A program made the translations under genes and the position numbers. This document shows positions 1 through 13,470 of a DNA stretch of 64,000 nt, one piece after another. How positions within the stretch are numbered: position 1 is the stretch's first letter; every line of letters starts with the position of its first letter. The notes below the pieces were generated by a model that made no database searches, was not told the origin of the DNA, and worked only from the letters and a program-made list of their open reading frames with translations. The DNA is from Synchiropus picturatus (lineage: Eukaryota), in assembly GCA_044231675.1 (NCBI GenBank), contig CM094669.1:2993643-3057642 (forward strand), given 5' to 3'.

Positions 1-340
1 AGTCCAGGTGAGAAGCAGTGATAGATTTCAGGTGACAGAGAACCAGACGCTCAAAGGACTTCATGACCACAGACGTTAGTGCCACCGGTCTGTAGTCATT
101 CAGTCCTGTGATCCTGGCCTTCTTGGGAACAGGGATGATAGTGGAGGACTTAAAGCAGGCAGGAACATGACAGGACACCAAGGAAGCATTGAAGATGTCC
201 GTGAACACTGGCGCCAGCTCAGCAGCACAATGCTTCAGGATGGCAGGGGAAACTCTGTCCGGACCTGCCGCCTTCCGAAGGTTCAGCCTCCTGAACTGAG
301 TGTGCACGTCCTGCTCCATGATGTCAAGAGTAAGAGGGGG
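1..340 (-). mobile_element. LINE (non-LTR retrotransposon) reverse-transcriptase fragment, 5' part of the RT domain, truncated at the window edge
   Basis: Minus-strand translation of ~1-330 reads ...[86 protein letters not shown].... This is the typical N-terminal RT segment of teleost LINE elements. It has no start codon and is not part of a host gene. Confidence 0.7.
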
Positions 341-1079
341 GAGGGGAGGGGGTGGCTCATCAAAAGGGACTGTGATCTTTGCTGTCTCAGTGACATCGTT
401 GGTCTTAGTTGAATAAACAAAACTCAAAACAATGAATAAACAAAACATGAAGCGAGAATAAACTCACCTGGCTTGTAACATGAAACCGCGGAACACATTG
501 TTTGCATAAACAAGCCGCAAACATGAGTTCAAATAATGGTCATAATAAGGTGCTGCAGCACCCTTCCGTTTGGCTGCAATAGTGAATAATATTGAGTGAA
601 ATTAAAGTTCAAATCCTAAATGTGGTAAATAATAGAACACATTTCATTATTGTAGTAGGAAACATAATAGAATGATACTCTGAATCATAATTATTATGAA
701 AACAGTTCATAAAATTATAAACAATCATCAAACGCTCAATACTACCACACCCAACTGATACTGCAGCTTTCTCGGATCCTGTACCGACAGTACAGTCAGG
801 TCAGTCACCGGTGTCCACGCCTTGCACTTGTGACCACACCCCCCGTGAAGTCAGTAGAAACCTGGAAAATACAGAAATAATGGAAGACATTGAAGCAGAG
901 AGCCAGTCCCTCTGCTCCTGAAGAAGGAGTCCACTTCACATTCAGAATCATTTATTTTAATTTAAAAACTAATCAGAACATAGGACTCATTATTTATTTC
1001 AGCTTCACTTGTGCGGCGAGGGAATAGGAAGTGACCATCGTCAAGTTCTCTGATGTCATGGGTCATGGCCCATTGGCCC

Positions 1080-3488
<2,409 letters not shown>

Positions 3489-4669
3489 TGTGCACATGAG
3501 GTGTGTGTGAAGTCTGAGGCTGTACAGGTGAGTGAAGAACATAGACGCCTAGCCAGGTCACACCCCTAAACTCCAAATATAGACTCCAGTTTGACTAACA
3601 CCTGAGGAAGCTCGCACACCGGTGACGTAATTTTCAGAACCAGAGATTACTGTTGACAGGCCTGTGAGTCGATGAATGAATGGATTATCATAACAGTCAA
3701 CATTGACATGAATGGTGCTGCCACCTTGACATACAAACCTGAGAAGCCATCCCTTCAACGTGGTGTGTGTGCCTTTGATGCATGTCACACACAGCGTCTG
3801 CGTTGTTGGATGAGTCCAGCATCCCGTTGACCTCTGACACCAGAATCAAGAAACATCCTGCACTTGTTTTGGAAGGATTCAGGTCCTGGGTTTCAGTCGT
3901 CCAGATGGGTGACTATGAACATGTGAATAGCAACTTTTTCTGAAGAGTGAAGAGGAAGATAAAATTCAGAGATTTCAGGATGTACAAGGTTTGTTTTTTT
4001 AACAAGGAGCAATGGCTTCAGGCTGGTTCACCAGAGGGAAATGTTACATCCAGCTGGTGACATCATGAAGACACACAAGAGCAACATGCTGGATCAAGAG
4101 GTTCCATAGACAGGAAATAGAATGGTACATATAAAAGAACCGGGAGCAGGAGTGGACAATTAAATTATGGAAGTTGCCACATTATATATTCAGAGTCCTA
4201 AATTCAACTGAGATCAGGTTTCTATAACATTATAAAACGGGGAGTAAATAGGGAAAATGTAATGACAAAATAATGCAATAACGGTTTTATATTGTTTAAT
4301 TTTAATACTGAGATTTGGGTGAATATCATCGTTTCTATGTAAAAGGTTGAAAGGTAAAAAGTGCTTTATCACAAATGCTTGTTTTATGTAACATTTTGGC
4401 TAGTAGGAAAACAGACACCGACAAAAGAGACCTTAAAATAACAATTGATCTATTTTTATAATGAAAAATGCAATGAATAATGGAAAAAGGTGCAATATAT
4501 TTTGTGTTTTGCGCTGCCCTCTTGAGGTCTGCATCGATGCAGGCAAAGGCCCGCACTTTGTCCAGTTCCTGGAGGAACACCGAGCACCGAGTGACACTGG
4601 GCCTGACAACAAAACTGCCTGCAAGCGGTTGACTTCTGCGACAATGCGCCGAGCGAAACACGTTTGTAT

Positions 4670-4800
4670 TTAACTACTTTGCCGCGACCGTCCCGGCACG
4701 TCCCGCGTGCTCTCGTTGTTCAACCCGCTCTCGCGAGAACCTCGCGTTACGGGCAGGACGGTCCATTGCTACATTATTATTAAGCAACAACAACACGAAC
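4670..4800 (+). promoter_or_regulatory. CpG-dense segment upstream of SH2B1, a putative promoter or 5'UTR exon region
   Basis: High CpG density (gcgcgaccgtcccggcacgtcccgcgtgctctcg...) about 1 kb upstream of the SH2B1 ATG. No coding potential. Inference only. Confidence 0.3.
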
Positions 4801-5801
4801 CTTTAACCATCATGTTCGGCCCGGATTGCAATCCACACGGACCACCAGTGTGATTCTCTGACCCCCTAGGAGGTTGCAGGAGCGCCAGCCGGAGACATGC
4901 AGGTGGAGAACCCTCCGAATCTTCTGGTGTTTCAAGATGACTGGTTTATTAATAGCTCGTTATTTAGCTGGCCTGGCTAGGCTAGCTGTTAGCTTGGCCA
5001 TCAGTCAGCACTTACTGGTGACTGTGCTACTAAACTCCCGATGTTTTGTTGACGTGAATGTGGTAAAAAAAACTCTTGCACCGGTAACATCTGCAGGGCT
5101 ACAGGCTAAGACGCCCCGAGAATGAGTTAGTCACGTAAGATATTGTTAGCCTGCTATAGAAGTTGCTAGCTGAAGTTAGCATCGCTGCAATTGAACCGTT
5201 TGACTTGCTCATGAGCGACTCTGGTGTTGGCCGTGTGTGTGGGCGTGAAAGTCGCGATGATAACCAGCCCGTCACGTGATGATGCAATAATCAGCGCGGA
5301 TAAAACTGACGTCAAAGACAGAATAACAAACCGTTGTTTCTCGACTCTCCGAGTCAAAAGACTTACCAGGTGTATTAACCCACTGACAAACGCTCCCGTC
5401 GGGAGGAAGCAGTGAACCTTGATAATAATGACACGGTTGTTATAACGTTCAATACGGGCGAGTTTAACACAGTCAAGGTTGCACGTGTAAAATGAAATCC
5501 CAAACATGAGTCTTATAGTTGTGATGACCAGCTGAACTGTGTTTTCCAGGTTGGTTTATGTTGGCATGGACGTGTGACGGATGCTGACGTCTGGATGTGG
5601 TCGGACTGAACTGTTTCCTGTCCTGGCATCAGAAGAATGTAGCGGGAAGCATCAGGTCTGACCTCCACCTCATCATGGGCGGCAGCAGTTAACCCGGGAG
5701 GGGGCGTCGCATCACTGTGAGGTGTCGCGCCTCTGACCCATATGTGCCATTTGTTTTGGGTCAGCTGATCACTCGCCGTCGCTTTGATATCTTCAGACAT
5801 A

Positions 5802-8800
5802 ATGAACGGCTCTATGCTGACACCCCCAAGCCCACGGGCTGCGAACTCCTCTCCCTTACCTCCTTCTCCCTCCCCGTCCCCGTCTCCGCCCTCACCGTCA
5901 TTGCTGCCGCTTTCCCCTCGTCCGCCCCCTCTCCCACCGCTGGTGAGCCCCCCGCCGCAGACTCATGCCTCCTCCTTGTCTGACACACCTACGCCATCCC
6001 CTTCGCCCTGCTTGAGCTGGACAGAGTTTTGTGAGCTCCATGCCCGTGTTGCAGCTGGCGAATTTGCACGGCACTTCCGTGCCTTCCTTCTTGAGAACCC
6101 CCACTACTCGCCTGACTCGGCTGCTGCCTTCTGTCGCCGCTTCACGGACCGCTTTGTCCGCCACTTCCAAAATGAACTGGAGGGGGTGCTCCCATTGAGC
6201 TGTGCCTCTGGTAGGGAGGACATGGCGAGCTGGGCTCCCCAGTCAGATGCTACATCCCTGGAAGAAGAGGCTGTGTCCCCCCTGTCAGCCGCCGCTGGTC
6301 TGACCATACCTCCCACAAGTACAACATGCGCAACAACCAAAACGGTACAAAGTCGACTTGTGATGGAGAGCCGTGTTGGCAGTGACTTGTATGCTCATGG
6401 GCAAGTCCTTCCTCCATCCTCATCATCGTCCTGCTGCTCCTCAGTCGGAGGGAATAACGGCAGACGGGAGGAGAGGAGTGCGATCATGGCACCTGGGAAC
6501 GGGGAGGCGGCAGCTGAGGAAGAGGACAGCTGGCTCAGGGGAGCCTCGGTGGGGGAGGACCTGGAAGCAGAGGAGGAAGCGGGCGAAGTGTCTGTGGACA
6601 CGGATGTTGCAGAAACCTCCATCCCACCTCTGGCAGCGACCCCTGGTGCAAAAGGAGCCAGCACCCCAAACTCCAAGATCAAGCTGAAGAAACGTTTCTC
6701 GCTGCGTAGCGTGGGCCGGAGCGTACGTGGCAGCATGCGTGGCATTCTGCATTGGCGCAGCTCCTCCAGCGATTCGACGCAGAGCCCGCTGCCGTCCAGT
6801 TACAGCTATACCATGGGCGTTCAGGACGCAGGTGCCCCCAAGAGAATCTCTGGGACTCAGTCCCCCATGCCCACCTCCTCCATGCCCATGTCTCTGTCCA
6901 TGCCTCTTTCCCTCCCGCATTCATCCTCCTCCTCTCTGCCCCCCTCCTCCTCCAGCAGCGCCACCTCGCTGTCTGTATCTGAAGCTGCTCGGGACCGGAG
7001 GCGGAGCAACGGGGAGGGGGGCGAAAAGGAGAAGTGGAGCCAACGACTGGAGAAACTGAGACTCACACGGTCGCCTCCGCCTAACCTCGTGTCGGCAAAC
7101 TCAGCCGCTTCTATGCTGCCGCCGAGCTCCGCTGCTGCCCTGGGACCAGTTCGGAAAGTTGGTCGGCTGGTGCGCGAGGGAGGGGTCACGGTCAGCTCCT
7201 CTAGTGACGAGCTGAGCAGCGGCCACGCTTTTGCTGGCTTCTCCTTTGGGCTTTTGCACCATGGTACGGACAACAACGCTGCCTCACCTGCCGCTGCGGC
7301 TGGTCCTGCCCAACCTCTGACCAGCGGAGGAAACATTCCCTGGAGAGGTGGACGCTGGCACAAGTGCCGACTGGTTCTGCGAGAGTGGGACAGAGACGGA
7401 AGTGAGAGGGGGGAGGAGTTCTACCTGGAATTCTTCATCCCTCCAAAAGTGAGTTTCAAACAGGGACATGGGTTTGTGATGTGTCAGACACCCACTGAAT
7501 TTTTGTTCTTGTGCCCTGAAGGCGTCAAAACCCAGACTCACTGTCCCGTGTTGCTCCATCCTGGATGTTAGGAGCACCACAGCTCTGGAGGTCCCAGACA
7601 AGGAGAACACCTTCTTACTACAGGTAGCTGGTGGTGGTGGGGATGATGATGATGATGATGGTGATGAGGAGGAGGAGGCTGAAGCTTGTCTCCCCTGCTG
7701 TGCAGCTGGAGGGCTCAGCCCAGTACGTGATCGAAACACGAGATGCTGTTCAGATGCGGGCGTGGCTGAGTGACATCAGAAATGGCATCTGTCTGAGGTT
7801 TGTGAACAAGTCCCGAACCCCCCAGTCCCTCGTCTTCCTCTTTTGTGTCTTTGTGTGACCTCTCACTCCATCTCACAGTGAACAGGACGAGTCAGGCGGG
7901 GTGTGTGTGGGTCCGTTAGACCTCAGTGGGACGCCGGAGACGGTGGACCGTTTGTCACAAGGTAAGTGGTGGTGTGGACAGGCGGAGTCCCCGGCGTGAT
8001 GTCACAGTCCTGCTCTCTGTCAGTGTGTTACGGGGGAATCGCAGGCTCCTCCCCCCTCATGGACCCCCTCCCTCCAGAGCTGCCCCCGCGTGCTCCTTTG
8101 GACGAGCCAGACGGCAGGATGCTTGGAAGTGGTGGGGCCAGTCTGGGCACGCCATTTGCAGAGACGCCGGAAGCCACTGGTCAGTTGGCCTCCAGAACGT
8201 CTAGCTCAGGAAGACTGATGTGATCAGAGGGGTCCTGAAGCTGTGTGTGTTTGTGTAGGATCCTTCCTGTTTTCAGACATGGCGGTGGCAGAGGCTGTTG
8301 AGCACCCTCTCAGTGAGTGCCAGTGGTTCCACGGGACCCTGTCCCGGCTGAAGGCGGCCCAGCTGGTGCTGGCCGGAGGTCCGGCCAGTCATGGTGTCTT
8401 CCTGGTACGACAGAGCGAGACGCGGCGTGGAGAGTACGTGCTGACGTTCAACTTTCAGGGAAAAGCCAAGGTGGGTCTGCCCGTGCTGTTGTCACCAGTG
8501 AGTGGAGTTGTGACGGCGCCCCCTTGCTCCCCTCGCAGCACCTACGTCTGTCCCTGAACGAGGACGGCCAGTGTCGTGTCCAGCACCTCTGGTTCCAGTC
8601 CATCTTCGACATGCTGGAACACTTCCGAGTCCATCCCATCCCGCTGGAGTCCGGAGGAGCGTCGGACGTCACGCTCATCAGCTTCGTGGGTGCCACTGCC
8701 GTCCGCCAGCCAGGTGTGTTTGTGTGCGCGCGTGCATGTGCGCCTGCGTGTGTTCTGACACTGCTGTTCTTGTCTGTTGTGTTGGTCGCTCACGCAGGCC

Positions 8801-9375
8801 GGGAGAGGGCAGGCAGTCGGCCCACCGTCTGTGATGTCATCACCACGCGCCATCCTGACTCTCCATCAACCCCCATCTCTGACTGTGTGTAAGTGAGACC
8901 GGACGCTGCAGAGTGCGTGTGTGTGTGTGTGTGTGTGTCCATGGACTCCATGACACTCCATCTCCTTCTACTTGTTTTTCTTCTTACCTTCCTCTCGCCC
9001 GATTGTTCACTGGTGTGCCATCTTCTGTGTCCAGACTTGACCAGCAGACCCCGTAGCCCCCCTCGACCCCCCCCACTGCCCCCGGGCCGGCCACCCCCTC
9101 CAACCCCACCACAGGAGCGAGGCGCTGAGACAGAGCCGGCCGGCGGCGCACCAGCCATGACGGGAGGCGGAGCAGCGGCGGTGGCATCGACGGGGGGAGG
9201 AGGAGGAGGCTCGGCAGGAGTGAGCGGAGGATCCGGGAGCGGGGCAAGCGGAGGTGGGACGGACGAGTGGGAAGAGAGAGACACTCCGCTCAGACAACTG
9301 GACACTGCGGATGGGGACGAGCGAGATGGAGCGAGGGCCCTGCGGGCTGTCGACAACCAGTACTCCTTCTTCTGA
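5802..9375 (+). CDS. sh2b1: SH2B adaptor protein 1 (SH2B1). Exons: 5802-7448, 7522-7623, 7706-7797, 7879-7961, 8024-8179, 8277-8470, 8539-8713, then alternative terminal exons 8798-8892 (beta-like, ends ...SDCV*) or 9035-9375 (alpha-like, ends ...[10 protein letters not shown]).
   Basis: Exon 1 carries the Phe-zipper dimerisation region ...[56 protein letters not shown].., [24 protein letters not shown], and the PH-domain start [15 protein letters not shown]...EFFIPPK. The PH domain continues in exons 2-3 ([34 protein letters not shown] | [30 protein letters not shown]). The SH2 domain is in exons 6-7 ([49 protein letters not shown]|[40 protein letters not shown]). All junctions are GT-AG with consistent phases. 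The true start is the ATG at 5802 (MNGS...); the ORF-track start at 5784 is a TTG. Confidence 0.9.
8798..8892 (+). CDS. sh2b1: SH2B1 alternative terminal exon (beta-like isoform: [31 protein letters not shown])
   Basis: Acceptor cacgcag|GCCGGG is in phase with exon 7 (which ends ...AVRQP + G). It resembles the human beta C-terminus (GREQAGSHAGVCEGD...SDCV). The stop TAA at 8890-8892 overlaps a GTAAGT that could also serve as a donor. Confidence 0.55.
8915..8938. repeat. (GT)n microsatellite
   Basis: gcgtgtgtgtgtgtgtgtgtgtgtgt, sitting between the two alternative SH2B1 terminal exons. Confidence 0.95.
9035..9375 (+). CDS. sh2b1: SH2B1 alternative terminal exon (alpha-like isoform, Pro/Gly-rich, ends [10 protein letters not shown])
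   Basis: Acceptor tgtgtccag|ACTTGACC is in phase 1 with exon 7 (G+AC=Asp). The C-terminal ...NQYSFF matches the SH2B1 alpha tail (...ENQYSFY). Confidence 0.6.
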
Positions 9376-12300
9376 CTGTTCCTCTTCACCTCAGCGAGAC
9401 TCTGACACGCAGGTGAAGCGTGGGGAGAACAGTCGCACCTCAGCGGACACGCACGATGTCACCACTCTTCATGTATATACATATAGACCAGATGTGACTG
9501 AAAGTGGGCGGGGCTTCAGCGGCCTCCTCTATATTCCACTCCCCTCACTCTTCAGTGTTAGCTGCCAACAGCAGAACCCGGACTGAGCGACTGAACACAA
9601 CTGGAAACCTCAGACAGCCCTGATCCCTCCAGAAAAACTGTGACACTAGTATTAATTCTGTTCCTGTGACTTTGTCTTTGTGCCTTTGTTTGATTTGTTT
9701 TTTTTAGGGGGGGTCATCATGTTTATCTCTGAAAGAAAATAGGACTTTTTCTACTCGTGCCTTCTGTGTCACCTCCTCCTTTTTGTTTCTGACCGGCACT
9801 TTCAGCACAGCGACTATGTCTGGGACTTACTGTGCCTTCTCACCTGTCTCCCCCTCTGAAGCCTGTCTCCCATCTGTCTCTGGATTCTGTGTAGACAGGC
9901 AGACGTCTGTCGCCTCCAGGTGGTTAGTTTCAGGTACTACATGAATGATATAAATGTAGTGAAACATATGTGTGTCTTTTAAATGTGTGGCTCCTCGATT
10001 TCCTGCTGTTTCTGAGGGTCACTACGGGGTCCTCTGGAGACCAGGCCGACGGACCAGACGCTGAGGCGGAGGGTTCGAACACAGCTTTAGTTTCCCCAGA
10101 CAAAAGTATCACAGATTCTCAGGATTTGTCAGTTTTCTTCCTTAAATGAAGCTGGAAGCTGCTAGCCATCATGCTCCTGGGCAGCTGGTCCACCTCCCAT
10201 CATGCACTGGGCTGCATCATCTGGGCACACAAGGAGGAGGTCGGTGACAGAAGTCGCAACACAGACATCGTCTCACAGTACTGGCTGGTTGACGTAGTTC
10301 CCCTCGCTGTCGTCGTCATCTTCAGATTCTTCGTTGCCTTGATCTGCAGTAAACATTGTCATGTGACATCTCTGCATGATGTGAGCCTGAGGACTTCACT
10401 TCCTTCTGGCTTTAACAAGCCAGTAATGTAAACCGCTCTCAACTATTTGGTACATATTAGTTTTCATCTGTCGGTTCACCAGGGTTCTGACCAGATGAGT
10501 TGCGATCATGTGACCCACCGTCTGGCTTCACCTCCACGTAATCATGGTTTCCTGCCGGCAGAGAGAAACGTCCTCAGTGATCACGTCCTGACAGCAGGTG
10601 GCGTCTCTGCCGACTCACCTGGAGGCACGTTGACGTATGTGGAACCGTCACCTGCAGAAACACCAGTGTCAAGCTCCAGGAGAAGAGTGAGGGCGATGGG
10701 CAGCGGCGTACCTGAGCTGGACATGGAGGCTTGGCTCGGGTTCCTGCTGAGCGGCTCTTCGTCCGGACACACCAGTCTGAGAGAAGAAGAGGAGGGTGAG
10801 GCGCGGCCACGGACAGGAGACGGGCACCGAGACACTTACATGTAGTCGGGGGTGTGGCAGCCCGGGTCATCCAGTCTCGTGGAGACCGAACCTGGGTCCA
10901 CTGCAAGTCGGGCACAGATTTAGGACCGGAGGACGCTCCACTCAGGATTCAGGTCACACGATCTCACCGTTCACGTAGCTGGGGTTGCTGTCTGCAGAGA
11001 AGACACAAGCATAAGAAACATACAAGTAAAAACGACAAAAAACAATAAATAGATGAAGGAAATCAGAAAAAAACAACGGGATGTAAAATAAAATACATAC
11101 ATGAACGCTCGGGGACAAAATGATTCAAATAAAGATTTTAAATTCAGAGCAAGCAGTTATCAATTTTTGTGCTTTTTGTTTGGTGGAATGTCTAATTGAA
11201 TTGAAGTATTGTTGTGTTTCAATGTAAAAACCAACTGAGCAGATTTGGATTTATGGATGCGGAACTCGGCTGAGATTTGAATGAAAAGAATAATAAAATA
11301 AGATGGGCATAAGTGCTCTTCATAGAAATCAAAAACGACATTCTTCCAAAATAATTCAAAATTACTTATTATATTGTTATGAATGAAGTCACAAACCTCC
11401 CTGGGCACAGCCAAAAAAGATGTAAAGCGGATTCAGCGGAGGATTTACAAGTGGTGTCAATGTCTTTCTGAAATCTTTTCTGAATTAATTCTTTGCTAGG
11501 ACAGATTCTTTGAAGAGTTTTAAAAGAGATTTTCTCTCACTTTATTACTCACCAAACACTGACGAGGAAGGAGCCACACCTTCTTCCACGCTACTTTCTC
11601 AATGTGGCTCCACTAAAGAAGGGTGTGTGGTGTGCTACAAACGTCTTTCTGTAATAACCTTCCAACTACTCTGTTGTTCTTCGAGTCTTTATCAAAACAA
11701 ATCCGAGCGGCAAGTGTATGTACTGGGGACAACAAACAGTGATGACTTTTCCTCAAAGGAAAATGAGGTTCTATAACGTCATCAACCTGCGTCCCCGTCA
11801 GCAGGCGCGGACCAGAGTGAGCGCTCACCTGTCTCCGTCGCACCCAGCGAGCCTCTTCTGGGCAGAGTCTCCACCAACCTGAGCACAACAGCAGGGGGCG
11901 TGAGAGCCTCAAAATACGAGCGTTTGATTTTGAACAGCATAGAGGGCTTATTTGGATGGACTCACAGAGATGAAAAACGACAAGGAAGAGTGTGGCTGAG
12001 GTCAGCTGCAGGAGACAGGGTTATCATCATCATCATCACCTTCGTTATCGATTGTTAATCTTCATCTCACCTGGGCTGATGAAGGGAAATTCTGTTGACC
12101 TGAAGAAAAACGCAGTCAGATGTCATGAGATGGACGGCAACGCTGTTACCGTGGAGCGTGTGAGTCACTCACATGATGTCATCAGGCTGCTCGACTTGAG
12201 CGATGGATTCTAGACAAGAGAAGAGACGGGCGAACGGTTTAACATTTCAACTTATCTTCTTCTGTTCTTCAATACTGAGGTTCCACCTGGAGGTCGGCGC

Positions 12301-13470
12301 TTTCTACAGTTCAGACAGACCGTCGTCGTGACAACCAGGGACACCAGGAAGACGGTTGCCATGATGATGAGGCTCCAGGAGACATCCATCCCACCTGAAG
12401 ACAGAGAAGCTGGCACTGGGCGGGAGGAAACCAGAGCTCCAATGCATGGGTCAGGCCAATGGAAAGAAAAGCTGAGCCAGAGGGCCCAAATTTGTGTTTA
12501 GCAGTCATGTGACAGCCCCGCTGTGGCTTGAGAGCGTCACATGACCACTGGCTGTAGTGCGACGGCAGACAGAGGAAGAGTTTCGGACCTGCGGCCCAAA
12601 GTGAATGAACGCCGCCGCCCTTCACTGATCTTCCGGTGAACGGCACGAGAGCCGTGGGATCAACAGGGGCCGCACACGACAACCTGACTCCCGCAGGGGC
12701 CTGCTGGGAGCAGAGCCGGGCGGGACACTCACCTGAAGGCTGGCAGTGGCGAGGACGAGGCGACAGAGCCGCCTGGACTGCAACCGTCGGTTTCCGCTCG
12801 ACGACTCCAGCGGCAGTGACGCACCGGAGTCTTCCACTCAGCTTCTGAGAGCCGAGCGCACGTCACGGCCAATCATCAGATCTACAACCTGCAGAAGCAT
12901 CTAGCGAAACTCGACAGTTGGCTCCCACTGACTGGTCCACCAATCAGACGTCGAGCCACTCTCTTCTTCACATCCTCTCACCTACAGACAGGAAACCACA
13001 CGACAGGAAGCAGGCGGGTGGTAGGGTGAGAGGAGGAGTGTGATCTGGGGTCAAAGGTTACCCATCTTGAAGCGATCGGGAGTGAACCTCTGACTGTCGC
13101 CTCCTCAGGAACGCGCTGGTATTACAGCGGGAGAACCTCAGATTCAAGGGGATGACTCCGCCCTCAGTGTCGTGTTGTCATGCTCGCAGACACAATGAAA
13201 GCCAGGCCTCTCCTCCAAATGAGCCTTGCTCTATTAGAAACGTTTATTTTGTCCACTCCAGTAAAAAGACATTACAAGTCATTTTAAAAAATAATTTCTC
13301 TCCCACTAGTCAGGATAGTCAAGGTTGCCCCTCCCCACTAGGGGGCAGACGTGACGCCAAAGGTTAAAAACAAAAAAAGAATCAGTTCCAGTTTATAAAA
13401 TCTGTCCTCAGAGTGGCGCCACAGAGTCAACTGTTAATCCAGATGGCGGCAGGTCTGGACTCGGTCAGCG

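Noticed and set aside
5898-6920. Several 80-160-aa minus-strand ORFs overlapping SH2B1 exon 1
   Set aside because: They are antisense or alternate-frame ORFs within a GC-rich coding exon. The plus-strand frame carries unmistakable SH2B1 homology.
10171-12700. Multiple 60-130-aa ORFs on both strands between SH2B1 and SPNS1
   Set aside because: No homology to any family I recognise, no splice-consistent structure. The interval lies between two convergent 3' ends and contains AATAAA signals, so it is most consistent with 3'UTR or intergenic DNA.
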